Position numbers and translations under genes: made by a program
Assembly: GCA_964106915.2 (NCBI GenBank)
Contig: OZ066914.1
Direction: 5' to 3' (one strand)
Length of the DNA stretch: 64,000 bases
From: Podarcis gaigeae
Lineage: Eukaryota
Notes under the pieces: generated by a model
Told to the model about the DNA's origin: nothing
Seen by the model: only the letters and a program-made list of their open reading frames with translations
Database searches by the model: none
Part shown: positions 37,512 through 48,753 of the stretch, one piece after another
Layout of the letters: every line of letters starts with the position of its first letter
Numbering within the stretch: position 1 is the first letter of the stretch

Positions 37512-37865
37512 GGGATGCGGGTGGCACTGTGGGTTAAACCACAGAGCCTAGGACTTGCTGATCAGAAGGTCGGCGGTTTGAATCTCTGCGACAGGGTGAG
37601 CTCCCGTTGCTCGGTCCCTGCTCCTGCCAACCTAGCAGTTCAAAAGCATGTCAAAGTGCAAGTAGATAAATAGGTACTGCTCCAGCAGGAAGGTAAACGG
37701 TGTTTCCGTGTGCTGCTCTGGTTTGCCAGAAGCGGCTTAGTCATTCTGGCCACATGACCCGGAAGCTGTACACCGGCTCCCTCGGCCAGTAAAGCGAGAT
37801 GAGCGTGCAACTCCAGAGTTGGTCACAACTGGACCTAATGGTCAGGCGTCCCTTTACCTTTACCT
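37512..37865 (+). mobile_element. Sauria SINE
   Basis: GGGATGCGGGTGGCACTGTGGG head; CCTTTACCTTTACC tail. Confidence 0.9.
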
Positions 37866-39017
37866 ATAGCTGGGGGGGGGGGTAGCTGGGGTCTTTGCCC
37901 TGGGTGAAGCCTCCAGAGAGGTCCCATTGAGGCTCCCAGACTCTGTGTATGCAAATGCACCTGGCAGGTGCCAGACTGGGTCTTTGACCTGGGTAAAATA
38001 AAGCCTAGTTTTGCCCCTGCCTTTTGGAATAGGATAGGATGAGGATGGTAGGTTTACACTGGTTGGGCTGGTGGGAACCAGAGACCCTCTTCTTGCAGAA
38101 GTGGAAGCATTTTTGTTTTGTTTTCTGGATCCCACCCAGCAAATTCTTCGCCATTTGTTTCATTCCGAGATTAGACGGAACAGGAAAAACAAACAACCCC
38201 CTCAATATTTGTAGCAATATTACCACTTGTGGGTGTATTCTTATATTATAGCAATCTCCCTATGGTTCAGAGCGAATGGAAGGAATGTTTTAGTGTTGTG
38301 TTTTGCACCTGAACAAATTAGTGAAATAAACCATCTCTGGAGTGTTTTGAAATGGCCTTGAAGATACTTTATTAAAAGCGATAAATCAAGTACTGTGATG
38401 GAAATGATTTAATTGCATCAGACCGAGATGTTGTCTCCCCACCCCCCTTCTCTCTTTTGAAATGTCTCCCCATACATTAATGACTTTGAAACAAAGAACT
38501 GGATTTAATAGTTTGCAGCAATTTAATCTAGCACAAAATATTGTGGGAGAGTTTACTGAAATGAGCTTTAGTTTATCATTATATAAGACTACTTTTTTAT
38601 GGGTTTTGCAGTAAAGAGGGTTTTAACTCATTTGATGCAACAACTCTCTTTCCTTCCTCCCCCGATCCAGTTATGTTTATAAATATTTGTTCGAGCAAGA
38701 AAGCATCTTCGAGCTTATTAAAATGGCAACTTATTCATAGGTCATTATGCCATATACAAAACGTTAGTAAAGATGTAAAACATTCGCCAGAATGGCTGTA
38801 TGCTTTTAATACAACATGAGCCAATGAAACAGCAACATTTAAAAGGCAGGATGAATTCTGCAGATAGTTAAAATAGCCCTGTTTACAACTTTGACAAATC
38901 TGCTAAATAACAGGACCCATTCATTTTACATGACTTGTGAATCTCATTGAAAACAACAGTCTCCAACTATTCACCACCTCAGTGACTGTATCTTTTGCAG
39001 TTACCTATTTAAGATTT

Positions 39018-39382
39018 GGGACGCAGGTGGCGCTGTGGGTTAAAGCCTCAGCGCCTAGGACTTGCCGATCGAAAGGTCGGCGGTTCGAATCCCTGCGGCG
39101 GGGTGCGCTCCCGCTGCTCGGTCCCAGCGCCTGCCAACCTAGCAGTTCGAAAGCACCTCCGGGTGCAAGTAGATAAATAGGGACCGCTTACCAGCGGGAA
39201 GGTAAACGGCGTTTCCGTGTGCGGCTCTGGCTCGCCAGATGCAGCTTTGTCACGCTGGCCATGTGACCCGGAAGTGTCTCCGGACAGCGCTGGCCCCTGG
39301 CCTCTTGAGTGAGATGGGCGCACAACCCCAGAGTCTGTCAAGACTGGCCCGTACGGGCAGGGGTACCTTTACCTTTACCTTT
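39018..39382 (+). mobile_element. Sauria SINE, very young copy
   Basis: TSD TATTTAAGATTT (39006-39017, 39383-39394); CpG-rich; almost identical to 63205-63566. Confidence 0.95.
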
Positions 39383-39673
39383 TATTTAAGATTTGGGCTT
39401 ACAAAAGCTGTCTTGTTTTAACACATAATACATATATTTGCCAAGCATACTGATTGCACATAATTTCTATAGCTTTCCCCCACCATGTGCAAAATACTTC
39501 AAATCTAGTTATGTCATTGACACCTGCCACACTCAAGTTTGCTGAAACATTCCATTTTACAGATGAAGAACTGAGAATGGTCAGGGGAGTTAAGAATTAT
39601 CAGGCCAAGCAGTGATCTGTACCTGATTAATGTTATCCAATGCCAATTTCATATCCATATCTGATGTAACAAT

Positions 39674-39880
39674 TACAGATAGGTAGCCGTGTTGGTCTGC
39701 CATAGTCAAAACAAAAAAAAATTCCTTCCAGTAGCACCTTAAAGACCAACTAAGTTAGTTCTTGGTATGAGCTTTCGTGTGCATGCACACTTCTTCAGAT
39801 ACACAGAAGAATGAAGTGTATCTGAAGAAGTGTGCATGCACATGAAAGCTCATACCAAGAACTAACTTAGTTGGTCTTTA
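39674..39880. mobile_element. Penelope-like element remnant with inverted pseudo-LTR (65-bp-arm palindrome)
   Basis: TSD TGATGTAACAAT (39662-39673, 39881-39892); arms 39740-39804 and 39816-39880 differ at one position; GGTAGCCGTGTTGGTCTG...AGCACCTTAAAGACCAAC signature. Confidence 0.85.
39818..39855 (+). ncRNA. Minimal type I hammerhead ribozyme motif (mirror copy on the minus strand, 39765-39802)
   Basis: GUAU-CUGAAGA-A-GUGUG(CAUG)CACAU-GAAA-GC-UC^AUAC; stem I GUAU/AUAC, stem II hairpin, palindromic AGCU in place of stem III. Confidence 0.7.
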
Positions 39881-40134
39881 TGATGTAACAATGTTACTGA
39901 GAAACCCCAGCCTGAGCCAAATTCACAGAAGTTCCTTTTAAAATTCTGTTTCTGACCTTGAACACCAGATTTCTGTTGGCTCATATGAATAATGATGTTG
40001 TTCTATTTCAGTGTTTAGTCTAAACTCCCTTTCTTGTGATTTGGGTTTTGCCCTGTGGAGCAATTTGTTACATCATTTATGTGACATCCACTTAAATATT
40101 TGAAAAATGCCATCATACCACATGTTAAAGCTAC

Positions 40135-40640
40135 CAAATTCCTTCAACTTTTCCTCTTGGACTTGGTCTCCAGTCAATCTAACCTTTCATCGCAAGACTC
40201 AATCTCTTTCACTCTCTTTGTTACCCTCCTCTGGACATGTTACAGTTTGCTAATATCCTTGCTTAACTGCAGTGTCCAGAACTCAACACAGGATTCCAGG
40301 AGAGGTCTGACCAAAGCATAACAGAGTGGTACAATTTCTTATGATCAGGGTACTATACTTCTGCTAGTGCAGTCTAGAATTGCATAGCCTTTTTAGCCGC
40401 TGCATTGATTGCTGACTCATATTTAGTTTTTAGTCTACTAAAATCCTTAGATCTTTTAAACACATACTGCTGCCAAGCTGCGTGTCACCCGTCCTGTATT
40501 TGTGCATCGTTTGTGCATTTTCTCCCTACTTAAATGCAAAAATTTACATTTGTCTCTGTTGATAAATTCACATTTAGCTCTTATCTCATGCCAAGTAGCT
40601 TTGCTGAAATTCATTTTCTTAGTTTTAGCCTCGTTCTACA
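40135..40640 (-). mobile_element. CR1 LINE RT fragment
   Basis: CAGTGTCCAGAACTCAACACAG...GGTCTGACCAAAGCATA reads on the minus strand as a decayed ALVRP.LE.CV.FW motif. Confidence 0.7.
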
Positions 40641-41150
40641 TCCTGTCAAGATAATCTTGAATGCTGTCTTTCTGCTCATTCTGAGGTTTCAGTACTAACT
40701 CCTTCCCTTATTTTACCCTGAGGGGTAGTGAGAAGGTTGAATTGAGTGGAGGCATCCCTCAGTTTGCTTCTCCAGATCAGCTGACCTCTGGCTGGTCTCC
40801 ACCGACAGAGCAATGTGTGTGTCATTCTGCCAGTACAGACCTCTCTCTTCAGTCTACCATCGGTACAGATGGGCAGAAGACCTATTGGAAGCGCATGCTG
40901 TGTTGTCCTGAGGGTGTGGTGGGGCTGAACTGACCCAGACCCTCCTAGTGCCCCTAATTTCCAGGGACATCTCTGATTTAGAGAATCTGTCCTGGTTTCT
41001 GATTTGATCCTGGAATGTTTTCCTTAGGATGTCCCTATTTTCATTGGAGAAAAGTTGGAGAGTATGGAGTTATCTGACCCCTGAGCTGCCTGAAGGCAAA
41101 CCTGTATAAGGAAGTTCTTTCTAAAAAATATTTTATTATGTTTTAATATA

Positions 41151-41375
41151 CAGTGGTACCTCGGGTTAAGTACTTAATTCGTTCTGGAGGTCTGTTCTTA
41201 ACCTGAAACTGTTCTTAACCTGAAGCACCACTTTAGCTAATGGGCCTCCTGCTGCCTCTGTGCCGCCAGAGCATGATTTCTGTTCTCATCCTGAAGCAAA
41301 GTTCTTAACCTGAAGCACTATTTCTGGGTTAGCGGAGTCTGTAAGCTGAAGCGTATGTAACCTGAGGTACCACTG
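41151..41375. mobile_element. Tc1/mariner-type MITE nested in an L2-tail-containing repeat (40936-41495)
   Basis: TA|CAGTGGTACCTC...GAGGTACCACTG|TA. Confidence 0.88.
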
Positions 41376-41807
41376 TATGTTGGAAGCTGTCCAGAGTGGC
41401 TGGGGCAACCCAGTAAGATGTGTGGGGTATAAATAGTAAAATTATCATTATGGATTGGGACATCCCTATTTTCATCGGAGAAATGTTGGAGGCAGTTAGA
41501 GCTACCCACCTGTCAATCACATGGCATTGGGTGACCCAGAGTAATTTATTTCCTGTGTAGATTTGGCTTAAACCTGACCTGCAGAGGAAGATCCTTTGCC
41601 TCACCCTGTTCAGTTCATGTTGGCACTAGGATTGACGATTTGTGCTTACAGCAAGCCCTGTTTGGCTTCACTTTAGACTCTTTCCTAATCCCAGTGGGCT
41701 TCCTTTAATTGCTGTTCAGCTGATTGGTGCTGAAAGCAAGTCCTGCTTTGCCTAGCCTTGCTTGCTAAGGAGCATTGGGGGTGCATTTTAAGTTTCTCAA
41801 TACCTTT

Positions 41808-42054
41808 GCCAGTGTGGTGTAGTGGTTAAGAGCGGTAAACTCATAATCTGGTGAACCGGGTTCGCCTCTCCGCTCCTCCACATGCAGCTGCTGGGTGACC
41901 TTGGGCTAGTCACACTTCTCTGAAGTCTCTCAGCCCCACTCACCTCACAGAGTGTTTGTTGTGGGGGAGGAAGGGAAAGGAGAATGTTAGCCGCTTTGAG
42001 ACTCCTTCAGGTAGTGATAAAGCGGGATATCAAATCCAAACTCTTCTTCTTCTT
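41808..42054 (+). mobile_element. Squam3-type SINE
   Basis: Head and CORE as in the other copies; (CTT)n tail; CTTTGC on both flanks. Confidence 0.88.
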
Positions 42055-43779
42055 CTTTGCAGCCACATCTCTGTCCCATATCGGATGTCCCAAATGTTGT
42101 CAGGCGTGGGGCAAGTAAGTGCCCATGGTTTGCAGAAAACAGCCTCACAAGCTTAAACTGGAACTTGCATTGGGCCTAATTTGGCCCATGGCCCAGAGGT
42201 TCCCCACCCTTGGCATAAAAAAAAGATATGAGAAGTGGAAACAGCAGAAGCTGATGGGGGTATTTTAAAACGCATTCACAAGTTGCCAGACCTGTCAGCT
42301 TTCCCCTTGGGACACTTGCTTACCTGCTTTTCCCTGCTGGTCACCCTCCAAAGCCCAGGTTGCTAGGGTTGGAACTTCCTTAGAAGCTTCTGCCGAGTAT
42401 CCGCTGCTTGCTAGATCTCAGGCAGAGGCTAAATGCAGCTTTTCAACAGCAGCAGAAATCTGCCTCCAGGCATTCATTTCAAAAGCCAGTTGGAAGATTC
42501 TTGCTGGATGCTGGGATCTTTTCAAAAGTCTGGCAGCAGAGAAGTATGCTCTGGTTGAGTGGGCGAATTCTGTCTATAATAATAATAATTATTATTATGC
42601 TAATCGCTGGGACAAAGAGCAGCAGGGCACCCCATGAATGTATTTTCATGTTATTTAAGGTATTTATATAATACCCTTAGCTACCTAAGTTTTTAAGCAG
42701 TGTAAATAAAGAATATGAAAGCAAATAGGGGATAAAATCAACGAGAAGGGCTATAGCTGCAGGATAAAACATTGGCTTTGCATGCAGAAGATCCTAAGCT
42801 TCATTTGACAAGAAGAATTCTGATATTCAAAAATTAAGCTTTGTGTGTATGTGTGTGTGTGTTTTAATGGGGGAAAGTGTGAATCTGCATTCTCTGTTTG
42901 CAAGCTCTGGACTCTTTGCTCCGTGCTTTGTAATAACAGCATGTCTGCAAATCACTTAACGGTGACCTGTTCTTGTAGGCTTTAAGTGGAATGAAGTGGC
43001 AACCAATTTTGAAAGTGATTTCACTCTCTGCAAAGGGGTAAATGCTTCATCATAGAGCCACCCAAGTGATATAATATTGTGGTCTGATCAGATGAATTGT
43101 CATCACCCTCTTGCTCTTGAAAATCAAATGTTTGGAAGGAAAATGACAAATTTTGCCAGTTTTGACTCAGCCAATTATTACTACCAAATCACTGGTTAAG
43201 AGCATAAGAAGAATATGCTGGATCAGGCCAGCAGCACATCTAGTCCAGGATTCCCTTCCCACAGAGGCCAGCCAGAAGACAATAGCTTGTACTAAGTGGT
43301 TCAGCACCTCAAACATCAGCGGGGGGACGGGAACGGGGGACGGATTTCCTTGAGTTGTGATAAAATGCTGTACTAGTTATAACTTTAACTGTACTGCACC
43401 ATTGATGCCAGCACAGTACACCATTTACTGGGCTATAGAATAATATTGCTTTTTACATCTAGAGCACCTTCTATCTGAGCCACTCCAACACCCCATGCTA
43501 ATTTTAATTAACTGAAACTGTAAGACAGAGAAATATTCTTGCTGGCATGGGACATTAAAAATTATTTCCCACAGAAATAATAACTGAGAAAGGAAGTTAA
43601 ATGTTACTTTCAGTAGCATTAGGAAAGGAAAGTGATGCATTCACACTAAGGGGCAAATATGTGTGGCAGAGCTAACCACATCGTATGAGTGCTTTATGAT
43701 GGGGCCAGAATGAGGTGCTTGCCAGGGTTATAACTTCTGTCATCACTCTCCAACTAGGAAGATTTCACATAGGTCCAGA

Positions 43780-44203
43780 TAGGGTTGACATACGTCCGGG
43801 AAAACCCAGGTGTATGGCAGCCCATGTTGGCAGTGCTGTTTCCCCATAAAAATAGCTCCAAAACGGTATTGTTGCATAAAAAGCTCGACAACTTTGGCAA
43901 AAAAAGCTCAATAACATTTCTTTCTTTTTTTAAAATAATAATTTTTAATTAAATTTTCCATTTTAACAATTCAATCCAATCACATTAAATATTCCAAATT
44001 ATAAAAATACATATCATATAGTCCAAATATTCCAATAGTCCAATAAATTATAAATTATAAATTTTTCAAGTTCAGTGGGGCTCTGATCATCTTATATCTC
44101 TACTGCCTTGAGTTTCCAATAATTCCTTTAATTCTTCCTGTTGTTGCCTTTCTTAGCTCAATAACATTTCTGTCCATATTTTCACTGAAATATGGCAACC
44201 CTA
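43780..44203. mobile_element. hAT (Blackjack-like) MITE containing a retroposon insertion
   Basis: TAGGGTTGACATA...TATGGCAACCCTA TIRs; flanks GGTCCAGA/TGTCTAGA. Confidence 0.75.
43922..44154 (-). mobile_element. Short L1-type 3' end insertion
   Basis: T-rich tail at the left; perfect 17-bp TSD AGCTCAATAACATTTCT (43905-43921, 44155-44171). Confidence 0.75.
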
Positions 44204-44390
44204 TGTCTAGAGCAGTTTTGCCTGGGAAACTCAAAGCAGCTTATGAGGTAGTGAAGAAATAACATCACCCAGAAGTGCCTCCTCCTGGAAGTAAGGCCAC
44301 AATGATTTGCTGCCCTTTCATGAGACCCCAAAGCAGCTGCTGAATGGTACGACTGGCTCAGGGTGTCACATCAAAAACCTTTCTGTATGC

Positions 44391-44780
44391 AATAATGATG
44401 ATGATGATGATGATGATGATGATAATAATAATAATAATAAATACCTCACTCATCTGGCTGGGTTGCCACAGCCACTCTGAGCGGCTTCCAACACTAATAT
44501 AACATTAAACATTAAAAACTTCCTGCTGCAGGGTTGCCTTCAGATGTCTTCTAAAACTTGTGTAGTTCTTTATCTCCTTGACATTTGATGGGTGGGCGTT
44601 CCACAGGGAAGGCACCACTGACGAGAAGGCCCTCTGCCTAGTTCCCTCTAACTTCACTTCCCACAGTGAGGGAACTGCCGGAAGCCCACCGGAGGTGGAC
44701 CTCAGTGTCCAGGCTGAACGATGCTGGTAGAGACACTCCTTCAGGGCTGAGACTGTTAAGGGTTGTAAAGGTCAACACCA
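44391..44780 (-). mobile_element. L2-clade LINE 3' end with (GAT)n(AAT)n tail
   Basis: Homologous to 45100-45690. Confidence 0.8.
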
Positions 44781-45099
44781 GGAGATTGCCTCTCCTGGAT
44801 CTCAAACACTACTGATATCTACGTTATAAAGGAGCCATGTAAAGCCTGAATCAGAAACCCACAACAGGGGTGAACTTGGGTCTTTCAAATTTCAGCAGCA
44901 AGGCCCAAAGTCTGCATCCCCTTGCCTCTCGCCCTCTGTTCTGCTCGATTTGCTACATCATAGTTGTGCCGGGGGAACTGGGCACACTGCCCTAAATCCA
45001 CTGCTGCCCACAAGTTAATAGGCAGCCAATATTCTCTGAAATTGCAATCCTCTGACTAGGCCCTGCTAAACTCACTAAGGCATACTGTTAAGTAAATCG

Positions 45100-45690
45100 T
45101 AATAATAATAATTTATTATTTGTACCCCGCCCATCTGGCTGGATTTCCCCAGCCACTCTGGGCAGCTTCCAACAAAGACAAAAATTACACTAAAATGTCA
45201 CACATTAAAAACTTCCCTGAACAGGGCTGCCTTCAGATGTCTTCTGAATGTCAGGTAGTTGTTTATCTCTTTGACATCTGATGGGAGGGTGTTCCACAGG
45301 GTGGGCGCCACTACTGAGAAGGCCCTCTGCCTGGTTCCCTGTAGCTTTGTTTCTCGCAATGAGGGAAGGCCCTCGGCGCTGGACCTCAGCATCTGGGCAG
45401 AACGATGGGGGTGGAGGTATACTTCAGGTATACTGGACCGAGGCCATTTAGGGCTTTAAAGGTCAACACCAATACTTAGAATTGTGCTCGGAAACGTACT
45501 GGGAGCCAATGTAGGTCTTTCAAGACTGGTGTTATGTGGTCTCGGCGGCCAATTCCAGTCACCAGTCTAGCTGCCGCATTCTGGATTAGTTGTAGTTTAC
45601 GGGTCACCTTCAAAGGTAGCCCCACATAGAGCACATTGCAGTAGTCCAAGCAGGAGATAACTAGAGCATGCACCACTCTGGCGAAACAGT
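45100..45690 (-). mobile_element. L2-clade LINE 3' end
   Basis: VVHALVISCLDYCNVLYVGLPLKVTRKLQLIQNAAARL...HITPVLKDLHWLPVRFRAQF; RAFSVVAPTLWNTLP. Confidence 0.92.
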
Positions 45691-48113
45691 CTGTATATAG
45701 ACTTGCCTGCCACATCACCCAGATTCCAAAGGTTGTGAGGGTCGGCATTTTTCACTAACTGCAACTTTCAAACACTCTTGAAAAAGATTCCTCATATGGA
45801 GTCTACACTGGGGGTAGCTACCTTGGTGCCCTCTAGATGTCGCTGGACCACAACTCCCATCATCCCTGACTATGCCTGCTGGGGCTGATGGGAAATGAGT
45901 TCAACAATATTGGGAGGGCACCGTGTTGGCTACCTCAGTCTAGATTCTCTGCAGCTAAGGTGGTCAGGTCCACAGGACTTCTGCCCGGCAATGACAACAC
46001 GACTACACCAATGTCCTGATGTTGTTGGTTGATCTCTGAGCTGTGACAGGGCTTTCTCAGTGGTGGTTCCCTGTTTGTGGGATCCCTTCTCCTGCCTTCA
46101 GTAGTAAAACATTCCTCCTTATCCAGGCATTTTATGGCTGAAAGATATGTCCCTGGCAGCTTTGAAATTATTAGCTGTGAGGGTATGGGACAGTTTTAAA
46201 AACTTTTTTTGTTTTATTTTTAATTGTATTGTTGTCCTGCTTTGTTGTTTGCCATCCTGGACTTATTTGGGGGGAAGGTCAGGATGGCAATTTAATGAAT
46301 AATATTAATGCTAATAAGGAGAACTTATGGAAGCAGAAATTATATAGGGTATGAGGATCGATCTGGGAACCTCCTCTGACTTGAGGCAGCCTGAAAGAAG
46401 AACTTAGTGAAATTCTGGGGGGCAAAGTGTGGGCTGCTTCTACAGCTTGCTCTGGTGCACCTCCACATGAGAAGCCCCTATGGAATGCAGAGATGGGTTT
46501 GGGTGCACATCCTCAACTAGGGTCACCCTTGTTAGGCTTGGTTCATTGAGCGTGGCTATGGTTTGCCTTGGCTTCTTGGTAGCTTTCTTTTTGCCTGCTC
46601 AAGTGGTTTCCTGTCAGGAAACTTGCATAAATGTCAGGCTGGATTTCTGGCAGGCCTTGTGAACGGGTGGCAGGTGTTTCATAACAACACTCGGAGCCGT
46701 CGTCTCAGAAGTGTTGCTCCGTTTAGTGCAAATGCGTAGGAGAGAATTGTGGGGAATTTTGGCTCCCTTTAATGTCAGTCTCTTTTCTCCAGCACGCAGA
46801 CTTGCAGAACTCCCATCACCCCAGCAGATGGGGAGAAATGCCTTTGGGAGAGCGGCAGTGTGCAGATGAACTAAAGTACTGGAATGGAGCCCTGGGGATG
46901 GAACACCTACAACCGAAGGGGGAAATAGGTCGGGTAATGTGCAACCTTTCAATTACTTTAGAGATGTAAGGTGCTGAAGACTGCTCATTAACCAGAGTTG
47001 TAAAATGGCACATTTGCTGTGTCATTATTCTTTTGTGCATTAGCCTGACAGCCTTCTAAAAGGTTTATCAGAACTCATTCTGACTCACTGGAAGCCCCAC
47101 TGCCTCCCTAACTGGAAGATTTTCTTCCTGTGCACAGACTACCCAATCCTTTCCTTTATTGGCCTGCTCCATTCACCACCTTTCCTCTGCACAAATGCAG
47201 CCCTGAAGTAGGAAAATCTCCCTTCTAGCTACACCTAAAGCCACCTATCTCAGGGAACAGGGTTTTCAGACAATGAAAACATCTGTTATTTACTTGCAGT
47301 GAAATCCTATACATGTCTACTCAGGCATAGGTCCCACTAAGTCCAATTGGGCTTGCTCCCAAGTATGTGGGTAAGGAACTGCAGCCTTAATTTATTATTA
47401 TATAATTTAATAGGGGAGGAGGGCCCAGTATGGGTTTATTGCCAGAGCTGCCAAAATGACTTTGAGGTGACCTTGTGAATGCCGTTATGTACGAAATGCA
47501 GCACTGAGAGTTGGCAACTGAGGAATGTGCGTAATTGTAGTCTCACACTTGTGAATCATGTTTCCTGGCTATCTAACACAGGATTCTGTGGGTTTCCCAA
47601 CTTCCAGAATATTTGAGCTTTCACCTTTTTAGCATAGTTTTAGCTCTCATAGAATCCTTGTGGATAGTTTTTACTAGTGCTGCTGACAAAGTCTGGATAC
47701 AATGGGCTCATAAGAGGAATGTTCATAGCTTGTAATACTTGTTAGCATTGGATGTCCCTTACCCTGAAACTTGTAATCCTGTCATAGCTGAGTGGGTGTC
47801 CTGTTCTCGTGCCTGAGCAGCTGATCAAACCAAGTTGGTGAGGGTGTAATCTATAGGAGGTCCATATTTCAAATTTGATTACAGTGGTACTGTCTCACCA
47901 TAGATTTCAACCTGGCTCACGGGTTTGCTTCAGAGTCAATCTGGATATACAATCACATATATAGGTCAATTATTTGACCTAATGAGGATTATTATAATTA
48001 GCCTAATTGGATGTTGTTACTTCTGATCCATGCAGTTATTTTATGTAATTTTGTCTGATGGTCGTAAATAATATTTTTTTTAAAAGTTATTTGTGCATAT
48101 GCCAAATAACATA

Positions 48114-48464
48114 ACATATTTTTCCGTGTATAACATGACCCCATGTATAAGACGACCCCTATTTTTGGGAGCCCTCAACAGTTGTTGAGTTTCTTTTGTA
48201 AGTTTGCTGAGCTGTTGAGCAGCTTTTTGACGATCCTCTTCTCTGGCTGACGGAACAGGTGCCGTAATACACCGCATACTGGCACTCACCAAATACTCTA
48301 CCTAAGCTGGGAAGACCGGGTAAGCAGCCTCCTCTCCGACATTTCCCTGCTACCACCACAGCACCAGCCCTTGCTTACTTAGCATATTAACCCGTGTATA
48401 AGACAACCCTCAATTTATCACAAAAAAATCAGAAAAAGGTCATCTTATACATGGAAAAATACGG
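48114..48464. mobile_element. Tc1/mariner (pogo/Tigger-like) MITE
   Basis: TATTTTTCCGTGTATAA ... TTATACATGGAAAAATACGG|TA; internal GTATAAGAC repeats. Confidence 0.78.
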
Positions 48465-48488
48465 TATGTATTGACACACCCATACATT

Positions 48489-48753
48489 GTTGTTGTTTAG
48501 TCGTTTAGTCATGCCCAACTCTTCGTGACCCCATGGACCAGAGCATGCTAGACACTCCTGTCTTCCACTGCCCCCTGTAGCTTGGTCAAACTCATGTTCC
48601 TAGCTTCGAGAACACTGTCCAACCATCTCGTCCTCTGTCGTCCCCTTCTCCTTGTGCCCTCAATCTTTCCCAACAACAGGGTCTTTTCCAGGGAGTCTTC
48701 TCTTCTCATGAGGTGGCCAAAGTATTGGAGCCTCAGCTTCACGATCTGAAGAT
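48489..48753 (-). mobile_element. BovB (RTE) LINE 3' end
   Basis: KLRLQYFGHLMRREDSLEKTLLLGKIEGTRRRGRQRTRWLDSV; (CAA)n tail; TSD CATACATT (48481-48488, 48754-48761). Confidence 0.92.

Noticed and set aside
39048-39341. 97-aa ORF repeated almost identically at 63243-63536
   Set aside because: Both are antisense readings of the same young SINE; the identity reflects recent copying, not coding constraint.
46531-46686. TGTTAGG...CATAACA segment resembling a mini-LTR
   Set aside because: No target-site duplication or polyA signal, and too short to support.
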